A DNA stretch of 64,000 bases from Squalus acanthias (Eukaryota), in NCBI GenBank assembly GCA_030390025.1, contig CM059432.1:102922001-102986000 (forward strand), given 5' to 3'. The position numbers and the translations under genes are program-made. How positions within the stretch are numbered: position 1 is the first letter of the stretch; each line of letters begins with the position of its first letter. Below the pieces are notes generated by a model. That model saw nothing but the letters and a program-made list of their open reading frames with translations. It ran no database searches and was not told the DNA's origin. This document shows, piece after piece, positions 48,779 to 63,166 of the stretch.

Positions 48779-50150
48779 TGTGAAGGAATAAGCAATATAC
48801 CTAATCAGAAAAGTACACCATCCTATAAAAGAATTCTGACTTTATTAAAACATGACATACTAGGTTTGAAAATCTAAAAACCTAACAATGGAAAAGCTGT
48901 AAACAGCATACAGGTTATTGAGATAAGATAAGTTGTTGACACTGAATCAATAACCTTGTTGAAACAGGAGGTTGGAGGTTCCTTAAAGTCTGAAGATTTG
49001 GAAAGAACACAATGGTATACCCTGTTAAGGTGTCTTAAACCAACACTTTCAAATGAAACACAGAAAATTAAAGAAACATATGCCTTTGTAAAAATGACAT
49101 CAAATGAAAGACAGGAGACACGAGTCTGTGTTACAACCAGCTGAGGTGATTAAGAATTGCATAGATCATCCTAGTTGAGGTGTTCTAAATGCAAAAGATA
49201 CATTGGTAAGAATGACATCAAATAGATGCACCAGCCATCACATTGTTTTTGTGTTAAGCTTGAGACACCTACACAGGAGACATAATTCTTAATGCTACCA
49301 GCTGAACTGACTGTAAGAATGGCAGGGGTCAACCAAAAAATGACTAGAGATAATTAACTTACATCAGCAGAAAACTTCAAAGGAAATACCACTGAGAAAG
49401 GGTATAAAAATTGAACTTTCAAATGGGAAGATAGTCTCGCTGTAAAGGGGCAAAGTGATTCTCAGCTTCAGAGGCAAGCTCTGTAAGTCTACAACTCTTT
49501 GTATCTTGGGGATCAAGATACTTGTATTTGATTTTGGTGGATATCCTGGAATAAACTAAGAACTGTAAAACTAGCGAAGTTAAGATTTGAGAATAAGGAT
49601 CTCTGATAATAGAATTGTAAAAGCTTTTTGTATTTGGAACTGTTAATGTTGCGATTGAATCACCAACTGTAAATTACATGTCAGTTCTTTAAGAAATCTA
49701 TATATTTTTAGAATTGTCTCACACAGTACTTCTGTATCAAACTCGCGAACTCAATCTCTGTACGCTCTTTGGTGAGGAGTTGCAGAATTCTGGGGGAGTT
49801 TTCCGGACCCTCATAATATCCAGAAGGTTACAGTCTAGCTAAACTTATTAAAAGTGCTAACTGGAGGACGGTAACATTTTCAGGTTGTTCCTTTCCTTTA
49901 GGGGGAGATAGTCTGGACCTTTAGACCCAATTAAGCGTCTTTAGGATTCGGCTACCTCAAACTTTAGTTGAAAGTGAACGTCTGGGGAATACGCCTGATC
50001 CGGGGTAGCCCTAAAGGGGCTAGGACTAGTAATTATCCCTTCAAAACGAGGCAAAGGAAAGAAGCAGAGAGAGAGACTGGTACATTTGGTAAATTGAAGT
50101 TAGCTAAAATGTTAAAAAATATCTTCTTTCTGGTTTGGATAAGATGCTTT
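48779..50150 (+). mobile_element. Possible ERV LTR plus leader remnant
   Basis: TG start, TATAAAAA at 49403, AATAAA at 49550, and a degenerate tRNA-Pro PBS-like TGGGGG..TCCGG at 49791. No TSD or ORF was found. Confidence 0.35.
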
Positions 50151-50159
50151 TTATGCATA

Positions 50160-50646
50160 CAACAAATTTCTTTCTGCACCAAGTCCCATTCACCCATCAC
50201 CCCTGTGCTTGCTGACCTACATTGACTCCCGGTTAAACCACGCCTTGATTTTAAAATTCTCATCCTTGTTTTCAAATCCCTCCATAGCCTCGCCCGTCCC
50301 TATCTCTGTAATCTCCTCCAGCCCCACAACACTTTGAGATATCAGCGCTCCTCTAATTCTGATCTCTAGAACATCCCTGATTTTAATCGCTCGACCATCG
50401 GTGGCCGTACCTTCAGCTGCCAAGGCCCTAAGCTCTGAAATTCCCTCCCTGAAAATCTCTGCCTCTCTACCTCTCTTTCCTTCTTTAAGATGCTCCTTAA
50501 AACTTACCTCTTTTCTGCCCTAATATCTCCTTGTGTGGCTCGGTGTCAAATATTGTTTTATAACACTGCTATGAAGTGCCTTGGGACGTTTTACTAGGTT
50601 AAAGGTGCTATATAAATGCATGTTGTTGTTGTTGTTGTTGTTGTTG
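50160..50646 (+). mobile_element. L2 LINE 3' end with (TTG)n tail
   Basis: Matches the L2 3' region at 26040-26490. Confidence 0.88.
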
Positions 50647-51384
50647 TACAATGGCTACTCTTTTCCTGAGGTAACTTAGTTTCAAATTTTGTGTTTTTGA
50701 ATTTCTCCTTCTTTTCAGGTTTGCACATTTATTTGTTTCTTTTTCTTTTGTGGTTTAATTTGTGAGGTAGCACATTCTAACATGTAGTGATACCTAATCA
50801 TTTCTGTCTTTTATTTCCACCTGGGAACTGGGTTTTGAGTCAGTTGCTTCTTGTTTCTTTTACTAGAGTTATAAGAACCTTCCGGGGTTATTGGCTGAGT
50901 ATCTCTGGAATTATTCTGTTCATTGGACAATTTTCTCTGTAGGCTGTCTGAAGCCATCTGTGTGCTATCCTTAGATTTTTGCAGTCATTTGTACTGCATT
51001 ATTTCTTTGACTGTAAGTGAAGATTTGCACTTCTGTGGTATCAGATCTATTTTTTGTTACATTCTTGGTCGTAGTGTTGAAGTTAATTTTTTAAAAATAT
51101 TTTCAGCTAATGCAGTATGTTCATTTATCACGTTTATCTTTCAAACAATGGCAATTTTTGTTTCAGTAATAACTTGAGAGCATGGTGGTCTGAAATTTTA
51201 GTTGCATTTGGAGATTTCCCACCCTGTGACACTCCCGATGTTTGTCAATGGAATCTGGAGAGAAAGAGAAGGATTGTTAACTCATAATATTCTCTCATGA
51301 ATGCAGCAAATGCAATAGGGCGTGCTAGCCATGCATTGTGAAATATTAGAAGGAAAAGCAGTTTTATATGTAGGAGTATAAAAT

Positions 51385-51547
51385 GGAGGCCATTTTGAAC
51401 CTTGGAGGGAGCACAAAACAGGCAGCTGCGTATCAGCCACCCGTTATATACCCAACCTGATTTACCTCATAAAATCAGCCGCGATGTATAGCAGGCGGCT
51501 GATCCACAATCGCCATCTTTCCAGTGCTGAAAGTGAAAATTACCCCC
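51385..51547. mobile_element. Short degenerate Harbinger-type MITE
   Basis: GGAGGCCATTTTGA / TGAAAATTACCCCC ends with an AAT TSD. Confidence 0.6.
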
Positions 51548-52486
51548 AATACATCTATAAAGCATTGAGTTGCCATCCTAAGAATTACTGTTGGCAATAT
51601 TGGGGGATGAATTTTCAATAGGCAACAGAGGCATTAAGCTGTTTAAACTAATCAGGTTAATGCACTTGTTAAAATAATAGGCAGAGGAATATGATACAAA
51701 TGTGTTAAACATTTGTCCGCTATTATCATTAACAGTAGTCTCTAATCATTATCTTTGTAATTGTTCAAGGAGATACAAAAAGTATAATTAACAGGACTGC
51801 TGAGAACATACAAGGCAACTGATGAAGCCTATAGTTTAGCAAAAAGAAAATCCCCAAAAATACTGTCATCCAACTGCAAAATGTTGTGTCTCTATGTATG
51901 TCACCTATCATTAAAACATGTAAGGTACTTTGTTATTGGAGGCACTACACTTCAAATGAGGAAATAAACCCAGGCACAGTCCTCAAACTAAAAGAAATTG
52001 CATTTCCTTGATGGCACTAGAAGTGAGCTATAAAGTGAATTTCATATCCAAAGTGGCCCGAATTGGATCATTTTTGGTTAAAATACAGATACCTACACAT
52101 TTGTGTTATCTAGTCTTCAGGTTAATCTATCTCTAAAAAATGGTCTGCCTGTCTCTCTGCATGTACACTGCTGTTTTCACAAGCCTACTGTAAATTTCAG
52201 TGGGATCATTGCAGGTTAACATGCACCCTGCAAAGGATAAGTGTCTTAACAATATTTAAAAACAACTACAGACTATATTTTCCTTTGTAGAAAAAGTTTA
52301 ACGATAAAGTAGCTGCAAGAAAACAGGTGAGTGAGATCAGCAATTAGCAGTAGCATATTTCTTATATAATTTTCACTGCTCAGAATCTTACTCTGGTGCT
52401 AAAATGTGAAAGTCAACCCATGAAGCAAATGTTACTTGTTAAGGATTGTTAAATTCCTGTTAAAGGAAAAGCAAGACAAACGCGCA

Positions 52487-55400
52487 GGGCTGAAAATTGG
52501 ATAGCCCCCGAAAACGGGTGCGGGGTTCTCGATGAGCTATTAACTCGTGCCCATTCAATGTAATGCAGGCAGCATGATAGTGGTGTGCAGCCTAGCACTA
52601 AATGCGCTGCTGAGTGACTACACGTTCAGCAGTGGGCCCAAGTTCATGCGAGGCTAGCACCAATTAAAGCTAACATATACTTCTTAAAGGGGAGGTGCAT
52701 TCTGGCTGCAGCAGATGCTGGAAGTCATTATAAAGGAGTGTGTGACCTACAGGAAGAGTGAAGATATGCAACATGGCTGAGAGAGGGCTCCGAGATTTTC
52801 TAATGCAGCACTCAAGGCCCTGGTGCAGGAGGTGGACAGGAGGAGCTATGTCCTATATCCACAGGGGGCCAGGAGGCCCTCCAGACAGACACTGAGAAGG
52901 GAATGGGAGCAGATAGCCATCACTGTCAATGCAAACGTGTAGCCTGAGGACTGGATGCAGCACAGGAAGAAGTTCAATGACCTTACACGAGTGGTCAAGG
53001 TCAGTGAATTCATCTTCAAATGCCATATCCCACAAACTGCACCACTAGCCTCAGACACTGCTCAATTCACCACACCCCCATTACTCACTTACCAACAACC
53101 TCTATCAATCACAACTCATACCTCACAATCATATGCTCCATCTCATCCTCACACACTTACCACTGCTGCAAGCCTCACACCCACATCTCACAGCTTGCAC
53201 ACACTGCCAGTTATTGAACCATGATGGCCACATCACCCAAACACAGTGAACCACACACACTGACACAGTTCCCTCTCCCCTGCAGGACAAGGTGATGGAC
53301 AATCATAGGCAGCTGCAGCTAACTGGAGGGGGACAGGCAGGCCTTCATATCTTGACCCCGCTCGAGGAGATGGTGGTCACTATAATTGGAGTTGTTGTGA
53401 CTCAGCCTGTGGCCAGCGGCAGCGCTAAAAGCATTGAAGATGCTCATACCTAATCCTCCTTCTCACATCGCACTTCCCCCTCATCTCACAATCTCTTCTG
53501 ACTTACAAGCTGCAGATGGTGTAAGCATGCACCTCTTGCTTTCACCACCCCTCCCCTCACCACAACCCTACACTTGTGCCTTTCTCATTTCAGAGACCCA
53601 AGAAATCCAACCTGGCCACCCAGTGGTGCAAGTGGAAGAGGAAGAGGAGAGTGATGATGAAGAAGAAACATCTTAACTCGCAGCCACCAGCTCAGATACT
53701 GGCACTGCGCAGACTTTAGAGGGTAGCTTAGAGGCGGGATCTGCATGTGGTGAGTCACTGGGCACGAGTGCAGCCAGGGGCAGGGGAAGGGTAGCACAGG
53801 TGCCAGCTACCCGGAGGGTGAGGTCACATACGAGTTCTGTTGCACAGGACTCAGATGAGGACTTCAATGGGGCGGCCTACAGAAGAACGTTGATGGATAT
53901 GCACAATGAAATAATAGGTGCATTGGCAGGTCTGCCAGAAAGGCTGAATGCAATATCAAGGAGCATGGAGGAGTCCAGCACCAACCTCACACTGGGTTTT
54001 GTGCAGAGCGTGGAGCCCATCCTTTCCAGCATGGAAGGAGTGAGCAGATCCATTAATGCACTTATGGACCCAACCATCATACAGCATCTGATGGCTGGTG
54101 TCTCAGCTTCCACAAGCAGCAGCCACCCAACGTCTGAGTGCTGCAATGGAAGCTCAGACAGAAGTCATGCAAGCACAGACTGTTGCCATCATGGCTGGGT
54201 TTACCAGTGTTGAAAGGGGCTTGCAGGGTGTCATAGCAGTCCAGCAATCGGTCCTCCAGCAGATTACTAGGATTGCTGAGGTGCCGCCCCAGGGGAGTGG
54301 CAGTGGCTCCGTGGAGGATGAACCTGCTGTCCTCTCTCAGGATGACAGCATTCGTCCTTCCACCACTGCCACTCCACCAGTGCCTTTGCTGTTACCTGTC
54401 AACCAGCCCAGACTGCTACCGCCCATGCCGAGGTGGTGCAGTCCAAAGCCAGGCCTACTAGGCCCAGAGCTCCTCGAGGTCATCCTGCAAGGCCATTTGC
54501 AGTCTCCCCCACTGAAAGTCAGCAGCTTCCACCACCCATGCTGTAGCCACTGGGGGAGCACTGCGTAGGAGCACTAGGACAGGCAAAGGTACATGGAAGA
54601 CAGGCACTAAGTTAATGCACAAGGGAGATTAGTTAACTTTTGAATGAAATATTGTAATGGTTTTGATTCATAAAATTGGTTTGGAATGTTTGTTTTTTGA
54701 TGGCTTTTATTGTAGCATTGTGGCCAAGAGGACGCTGTGATGCTCAGTAACAGTTTCCTAAGGTGTGCGACTGTTGGTAAATGGGGAATTGGGGTTGCGT
54801 TCACTGGTACCGCAGTCGAATGAGTCGATTATGGACAGGCAGGAAGGGATGTGTTGGTTGCCTCATCCCTTCCTCCTCCTCCTCTTCCTCCTCAGCCCTT
54901 CCTCCTCCTCCTCCTATTCCTACTCCTCCTCCTCAGCTCATTGCCATATACGTGATGGCAAGGGCTGTGCCCTCATGATGGCGAGGTTGTGGAGCTTGCA
55001 GCAGACCACAACGTATCTTGAGACACTCTCTGGCGAGTACTGCTGGGCTCCTCCAAAGCGGTCCAGGCAGCGGAAGCATTGTTTAAGCATGCCAATGGTC
55101 TGCTCTATCAGATTCCATGTGGCAACATGGCTTTCGTTAAATGAATGCTGCCCACATGTGGTTGGGTTGCACAGCGTAGTCATGAGCCAGGGGGTCAGCG
55201 GATAGCCCTTGTCGCCTAGTAGCCACACTCTGGTTTGTCATGGTGGCTCAAATGCTGATGGTACAGCATTGCATGCTCTGTTCCTCACTGAGGTTGAGGT
55301 AGGCAACTTGCTCCCTGAAGTCCGTGGGTGGGTATGGCCTCCTGCTGAGAGCCCTTCTCCCCCTCCTCCTCCTACCTCTTCTCACAACTTGTCCTGTTCT

Positions 55401-55970
55401 GTGGTGTCTCTGCTCATTCTCCCTATCATGCTGCAGGTCAAGGGGGATACAAACTAGTACACCCATGTCTGGGAGCAACTGGTCTGAGCAGACCCCTTGC
55501 AAGTCAGTACCAAATCCTTGAGCATGTGCCACACCACTCCTTGTAGACTTTAGTCAATTTTAAAGAAGTCTAGAAAGCACCAAGCACTTCTACAAACTCA
55601 GCAACAGCTAGTAGAAAACAATCAATAACTGACCTGTAAGTAGGTGATGATCCCTTTAAATAGTGCTGGTGGGGGGTCCTTCCTGCTGCTAAACTGTGTG
55701 CGGTTAAGAGAGGGCATTCGCTCCAGCGTTCAGGTCAAAAATGGCAGCGCTGGCGTGAAATCAGCGTTACACTGTGATTGACGCCACAATCTGCCTACTC
55801 TGCATACTTACAGCGCACGCTCCCAGCGTTGATGCTAATGCCCTCACCAAATTGGCGTCCGGCACGGCCCACACCAGAAGTGTGCATGCAATGCTTCAAA
55901 GTCATTTTCGAGCCAATTTGGCACCCGTATCACCCTAACAACGGGTGCTACACAACCAAATTTTTTGCCC
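52487..55970. mobile_element. Harbinger H5 (H1 family): Myb gene on + (~52773-54610), internally deleted transposase on - (~54800-55487)
   Basis: TIR-like GGGCTGAAAATT / AATTTTTTGCCC ends. HRKKFNDLTRVVK on +, and WLLGDKGY and NLIEQTIGML on -. Confidence 0.85.
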
Positions 55971-56628
55971 ATACTGTTTTATTCATGTTGGAATAAATAC
56001 AAAGACTAGGTTCAGTACTCACCTGTGTTCGTTTTGCAAATGAAGGGTAATATTTCAAAGTTTCTTCAGAGAAATGACACAAGTGAATAATGCTGCATTC
56101 TTTTCATCCCTACTGTATGGATGTAGCCATTGCCAGTTATTACATAATGCAGCAGGAACTTAGTCTCAGATCTCAGTCTGCATCAGCCTACATAAATTTC
56201 AGTAGTGATCACCAGCAGCAAGAGAGGTAGCTACAGTTTTACCTTGTTGCTTGCTTACCCAAAGTATAAGGCAACATTAACTGTATACAGTCGTCATGAT
56301 CCATAAAATGAGCTTTAGTTCTTTGCTCCGTTTTCACAAGATTTACCAACTCCACAGCAACTACCATCAGAACATTATGCACATCAATGTACACTTCTCT
56401 GGAGTACATATGAGGGTGAATTCACCAATTCTGCATTGGCCTTTGAATAAGAGCACATTGAATGAATAAGCCTGACTCATGTGTTACTTATTCATTCCTA
56501 TAACTATGTAAGCATTTTCTTCATTCATAACTTAAAAAGTCACAGTTGAAAGTATCACGTGTATAATTCCCTTATAACCATATAAAGACAGGGTGATAGC
56601 CTTGTTTGACTGTGCTGCTCTTTTTTAG

Positions 56629-56748
56629 GTCACAAAACGTCTTCTGCATCTCGTCCCAAGTACCAGAAGAGACCGACCCCAACTTGACGCAATCCACGAT
56701 GTACTGGCAAGCTTTCTGAATCCTGAATGGCCCAAGTCAAAAAGTTAA
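56629..56748 (+). other. Candidate host terminal coding exon (VTKRLLHLVP...ASFLNPEWPKSKS*), unidentified
   Basis: Pyrimidine tract plus TAG acceptor, then 39 codons to a TAA. AT-rich 3' sequence follows with AATAAA near 57230, in non-repeat context. Confidence 0.35.
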
Positions 56749-57998
56749 AGACATTTCAGAAGAACACTGCCCATTTTCATAGCATTTACCAACTCCACAG
56801 CAAACGTTTGAATTATTTACAATATATTACTTTTAACTGGCATTTATTTGAAATGGAGAAGGATGAAATGAGCATTATCGCATGTGTATCCTCAATAGCC
56901 AATTTTTATCTGTTAATTCTAATAGATTTAGATTGCACAAAAATGGAAGCAAAATAGCATCATACCAGCATTTTCATTTTCATTCAGTCAACTCTATAAT
57001 TCCTGAAGGGAGAAATAATGCCTCTATATTGTTTAATATTTTTTTACCATAAATCTACTCTCACTGTCTACAATTTACTAATGCATTGGGGGATCAAACC
57101 AATCTTATACATTCACTTATCGTCTGATGTAATGTCACTGTCACCATGCATCAGCATTGAGTGTATGGTTCATAACATTTATTAACGTTTCAACATGCTG
57201 TGTTTGAAATAGTATCAAAATGGTTCATAAATAAAGCAAAATGGATCTGTGTGAATGTAAAAGGACTAATTGTTATCACACACCCAGTTATGACAATTTC
57301 TCTCAAAGTAAATGCTCCATCTTCAAGGCTCAAGTCAGGAGTCTAATGCACTACTGGATGGGTACAGTAACAACAACACTCAAGAAACTCAACACCATCC
57401 AGGACTGAGCAGCCTGCTTGATCGACAGCCCTCCCACTGCACTCAATATCCACCCCCTCTACTACCAGTGCATTGTGGCTACAGTATATACTATCTACAA
57501 AATGCTTCGACAGCACCTCTCATTCCTAAAACCTCTACCAGCAAAAAGGACAAGAGTAATTAGATCTAGGAAAATCATCACCTCCAAGTCACACACATAG
57601 AATCTACGACACAGCAACAGACCATTTGCCTAACTGTGCTACGTCAGTGTTTATACTACACACAAGACTCTTCCTACTCTAATTACCTCTCTCCACCTTG
57701 ACTCCCATATCCCTCTATTCCCTTCTCCCTCAGGTATGCATCAAGGCTCTCCTTTAATCTGTTAATGCTACCTATTTCAAACACTCCATATGGGAGTGAG
57801 TTCAACATTCTCGCCACTCATCATTTAAGGAAATTCCCCTTAAATTCTTTATTTGATTTTGGACATATATCACCGTTCCTTCATTGTTGCTGGGTCAAAA
57901 TCCTGGAATTTTCTACTTAATACCATTGTAACAGCACCATCAGGATAAGGGCAGCAGTGGTTTAAGAAAGCCCTTCACTACATTCTTAGGGAAACTGT

Positions 57999-60900
57999 GG
58001 CCAGAATTTTCCCAGTCCTGAGCGTGCGTGTTTGAGGGCGGGTGAGCAGTAAAACTCGCTGAAATGGCCAGTGCATCGAGAACCCGCCGTCAACCCACCG
58101 ACTTCCGCATTTAGCTCTGACGTGTTTCCCAGTGCCACGGACCCGCTCGGCAGAGGCAGGCGACCTCATTGTAGTACTTAAATGCTTGTTCGAGAACCTT
58201 AAGAGGCTTTTTAACAGCAGCTTTTGGCTTTAACTGGGGTTCATGCACCTCGGGAACTTTGCCTGTGAAGGGGAGGCGGAAGCTCAGTGGCCATTTTTAC
58301 GAGTCCATTAATTGACAGCTGGGAAAAATACATAAATGCTTCACATTACACCTGCTTCCTTGTCTAATGGAAAGGCTCTTGCTGACTCCATTTTGGCAGA
58401 GATTTAGCTGTCAGGAGTTTGCAGGTCATTTCTGCAACCTCGGAAGCCGCTCTCACCACATTGCTAGTCACTAGCAGTACATTGAAGGATTGTGCCTCTG
58501 ATCTCCACTTTACCTGCCATCTATTAGATCAGCATGGGTGCCGCTTATGCTGTGTCACCTTGGACCTCAGATTCGGACCAAGATGAGCCCCAGCACCAAT
58601 AACACCAGCAACACCAGCAGCAGCAGCAACCACAACAGCAGCCTTCTCCTCAATGATCTGATGCTCCACAGGAGAGAGGGGGTCAGTACAGGGCTGCACT
58701 GCGCCGGAGGCAATACCCCCAACACAGGGTATACAGGCAGAGGATGAGCTTCCTGGACATGACTGAGCAGCAGTACTTCAGGAGGCTCAGGCTATCTCAC
58801 CAGGTTGTCGCAGACATTTCTAGCTTGCTGGAACAAGACCTGCTGCCCAGAGGATCTTACCAGTGGCTGTCAAAGTCACCACTGCCCTCAACTTCTTCGC
58901 CTCAGGCTCCTTCCAGGGATCGGCAGCAGACATTTGCAGGGCCTCGCAGTCGGCCGCCCACAGATGCATCACCCAGGTGACCGATGCCATGTGTCACAAG
59001 TCAACCAATTATGTCAACTTTGCCACTGATGAAGCCAGTGTTACTGAGCGGGCGCTTGACTTTGCGGCTCTGGCTGGCTTTCCACAGGTGCAGGGCGTCA
59101 TCGACTGCACACGTGTAGCCATCAAGGCACCCCAGATCACCCAGGAGTGTTTGTGAACCGCAAGGGCTTCCACTCCTTCAATGTACAGCTCGTCTGCAAC
59201 CATAAAAAGATCATCATGCATGTGTGCACCAGATTCCCTGGCAGCTGTCATGACTCTCATACTGCGCCAGTCCACTCTCCCTCAGCTCTTCGCACTTCCT
59301 TAACAGACATACTGGCTGGCTGCTTGGAAACAAGGGCTATCCATTGAAGACGTGGCTCCTGACACCCTTGAGGAGGCCAAGTACTGAGGCCCAGGAGCAT
59401 TATAATCAGAGCCACATGTCCACCAGATGTGTCATAAAGCAAGTAATCGGCATGCTGAAGATGCGCTTCAGATGCCTTGACAGAGCTGGAGGAGCCCTTC
59501 AATACGCACCAGCCAGGATCTCCAGAATCACCGTTGTTTGCTGTGCGCTGCACAACATAGTGCAGCAGTGAGGATTGGAGCTGCAGGAGGTGAAAGGTGC
59601 AGAGCGCACAGCCTCTTCAGAGGTGGAAGAGGAGGAGGGGGAAGAATAGGTGGAAGATGAGGAGGAGGAGGAGGAACCTGAGGTGGAGGTGGCACCAGCA
59701 GCGGCGCACATTGCTGCGCCGGAGGCCTGGGATGGCCTCATAATGTCCAGATTTACTTAACTTGCTCCAGTGCATCCATGTGGCTGCCACATGCAGTACT
59801 AAGACCTCCCCCATCCCCCAACAACACCATAAAGCAGCCCTACAATGACCAAGCCATTCCTCTCACCCAAACCCCCATTGCTCGAGGTTAAGTAATGTCT
59901 AACCATTCACTCCGAATGACAGGCCACTTCCCAAGTAGCAGGCAAAAATGGACAAGACCGGAAGTTGGTGCAAAGAAATAAATTTATCTCTGTCATAAAT
60001 ATAATTGAAACTTATCACTAACATTTGTTCATACACCCATGTGCATACCCTTGTGCATCTAGGATTGTGTCTTTTTTCTTTTCCAAGTGCTTCTATGAGG
60101 TGCAACCCTTGTGGCTTCAGCAGAGGTAGAGGCAGGCTGCTCACTTCCCTGCTGCGACTGCTTAGACACTTTTGGTGGACGTCCTCTGGGTTTTGGAGCC
60201 TGTGAGGGCCCCGCCAAAGACTGCTCCTCCTGCAACTGTGCAGGGGCAGACTCAGCCATCGGGATCTGAGGCAGCATGTGGGGCTCTGAATGAGGGGAGG
60301 CAATGGGGGAGAAGTGTAAGCGCTTTGAGAGGAACCCCTATTTCCATGTCCCCTCTCATCATCATCTCTCTCATGGGCCACCCGCACTTCCCTGCTAGCA
60401 AGGAGCTGGAGAGCACCTTGCTGCACATCAGTGGGGTGATGAACGCCCAAGTCTACGTTTATATCCCATCTCAAGATGAGGTCTATGAGCGTCTGCCATC
60501 TGTTGTCCACAGCGAGCATGTTCTTGTGTGACTGGCGCATTTGCTACTCCATGCAGGTGGCCATCCTTTCCATGGAAGAGCACATCGTCGCCATCGCCTG
60601 CGACATTATGGTACTCATGTTGCAGATGGACTCCACCATTCTCTGTACATTTGCAGACATCGCAGCTGCAAAAGCTGCCAGAGCCTCATGCAATTGTTGC
60701 TGCCCCACCAAGATCACTCTCTTTCTCAATGGCCCCTGAGGTTCAGCATTTGCATGCAGTTCAGCAGAGCTTGGATTGTCCTGCGCCCTCCAGCAAGGAC
60801 TCTCCACTGCTGTCTCTGTCAACACCATCTGCTCTTGCTCACTTGTGATGTGAGAGACACCAAGTAACAACACTACTTTATCTCGCACAGGAGCCACCGA

Positions 60901-62198
60901 GGGGTGCGTATCTGCGCTGGTGCTGGGTGCGCTTGGGTCTGTTGACGGTGCACCCTCAGAGAATGGAGCTTCCTCTGAGGAGTCATCTTCCTCCCCCAGT
61001 GGACAGTGGGGGAGGGGCACTTGATGGACCTGTGGAAGAATAAAGAGATGAATTAGAAGTGTTATAATAAGAATGGGTAACATTACCATTATGCACATGA
61101 TGACATTTCACTGGCTGCTGACATCAGTCACCACATGAGTGACTGTTGTATGCCATGTGGCTGTATGAGATTTAATTCTGTCACCAGGTTGCTGGGAGGT
61201 CACCCTCTTTCCATTTCCCACCGCCAGCAGCTCTGCAACTCCAGAGATCTCCAGAGCCTCCTCCTCTGCTGGAGTCAATTAAGTGAAGACTGGAGGGCCA
61301 CCTCCAGTTCTCTGCCTCTCCCTATTGTTGTGGGCTCTCTTCTCCTGCAAGGCGGGAAAGAGAACTTTGAGTGAGAGTGATGGAATGAGTGTAAGGAATG
61401 GATGGCCTACATCTGTAGAGGGTGACTGTGAGGGAGTGGCGTGACATTGCCAAATGGCCTCCTTCTGTGTTGTTACTGCTTTGATTGCATTAGGATGAGA
61501 GTGAGTGTCAGTGGTGGTGAGTCAGATGGGGATGTGAGTAGGAACATAGACAGAGGGGGATGGGTGGATCTGCAAGGTAGGTTGGTGTGAGGAGTGATGT
61601 GCAGGAGTAGGCTTGGGAAGCCAGAGTGATGGGGTTGGGGTGACACACACATCAGGATGTAGGTGAGTGTGGCATTGCACTCACCTTTCCTGACCACATG
61701 AGATCATTGAATCTTGAGGCACTGGATCCACGTTCTCCTCACCACATCCCTGCTGCTGACCTCTTCAGCGATGTCAAGCCATGCCCTCTTCGTGTCTTTT
61801 GCTGCTCTTTTTCTGCCATCCACAGGGAAGCGAACCTCCCAGGGAGGCATCTGGGAATCTTGGGGCTGCCTTCTGCCTTTGTGTCTCCATGACCCACAGA
61901 ATTGTCAAAGTTATGCAACAATTTATACCTCTGGAAATCACCTTGAACACTCCAACATCAACCTTTAAATGAGATGTGTGCAAGGCTGCTTTAAATATCC
62001 GCACTGGAAATGGGTCATCGATGCTGTCATCAGACTCGCTCCATTTAATTGGGCCGGGAAACACGCATGACTGGTTTAATTGGGGCCATTAAGTAAAATT
62101 CGTAGTGCAGAACATGCTGTTCACATCTTCGGGTTCCCGATCCGCTACGTGGCCCGCACACACGTACGCAACCCGACTCCAAGGTAAAGATCACGGCC
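57999..62198. mobile_element. Harbinger H6 (H2 family): transposase pseudogene + 58534-59760, Myb pseudogene - ~60059-61890
   Basis: GGCCAGAATTTT / AAAGATCACGGCC ends, GVIDCTR and [14 protein letters not shown] motifs, colinear with H2. Confidence 0.88.
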
Positions 62199-63166
62199 TA
62201 GGGATGGGCAATAAATGTGGTAAATTGCAGTGTAAGCTTGCTAAGTCTTCAGTTACTGCTTGGGAATTGAAGTAAGGAAAGTCAATTCCTATTGGGTAAA
62301 TCTACAATTGGACTGAGGTTTTGGAATAATTAATGAGGATTGGGAGCATGTGGATAAATTAGAATATTTAGGAATGGGTATTCACGTTCATAGAAATAAC
62401 TTTAGCAGTCAAGAAGATATATAGGAGATCTCTATCTCATTAAATCCACTTAACTTGCTTTGAGAAGAGAGTTTGGGTGTTGCCCCTCACAGGAGGGTAC
62501 CATTTTGATACCAAATATTTAAACTGTACAAAAGCAAAACCTGAAATGTTAACTCTGTTTCTCTCTCCATAGATGCTGCCTGACCTGCTGAGTATTTCCA
62601 ACATTTTCTCTTTCTATTTAAACTGTACATCTGCTCAATAAATGGCCAGTTGAAATTGCCTGATAGCTTAAATTTGATTACTCATCCAGAATGGTGTGGG
62701 TAATGTTGCTTTGCGCTTATCTCAATTAATCATAGAGCCGAAGTAAATAGTTAACATTTCAATCACTCTCAGCACGTTGATGAGTGTGATCAATGGATTG
62801 ATAATACACTGGAAGAAGCCACTGTGCAAAGGAATATTGTGTACTCTTACTTATCAACATCACTATCAATATTTGGGTCAGAGCTAATTGCAATGACCAT
62901 GCATTCCAGCATTAGAGAAAAATAGCAGAGGAGAATATGAGACTCACGTTTTTTTTTAATACAAAATGAAAGAGAGAAGAGTCAAATTGTTTATGTGGAC
63001 CACTATGCTCAGGACTAATGTACAGTTTGAAGCAAGTCAATGAATGTATCACTGAACAGCAAATCTCTGAGGACAAAAAATCTATGGCTAATCAATATGA
63101 ACAAACACTTTTACAACATCCATACGGAACACTAAAGCCTCACTTTCAATCTGAGTGGTACATAAT

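Noticed and set aside
50810..51255. Minus-strand exon after a strong acceptor near 51252
   Set aside because: All frames stop within about 30 codons and no recognisable protein is encoded.
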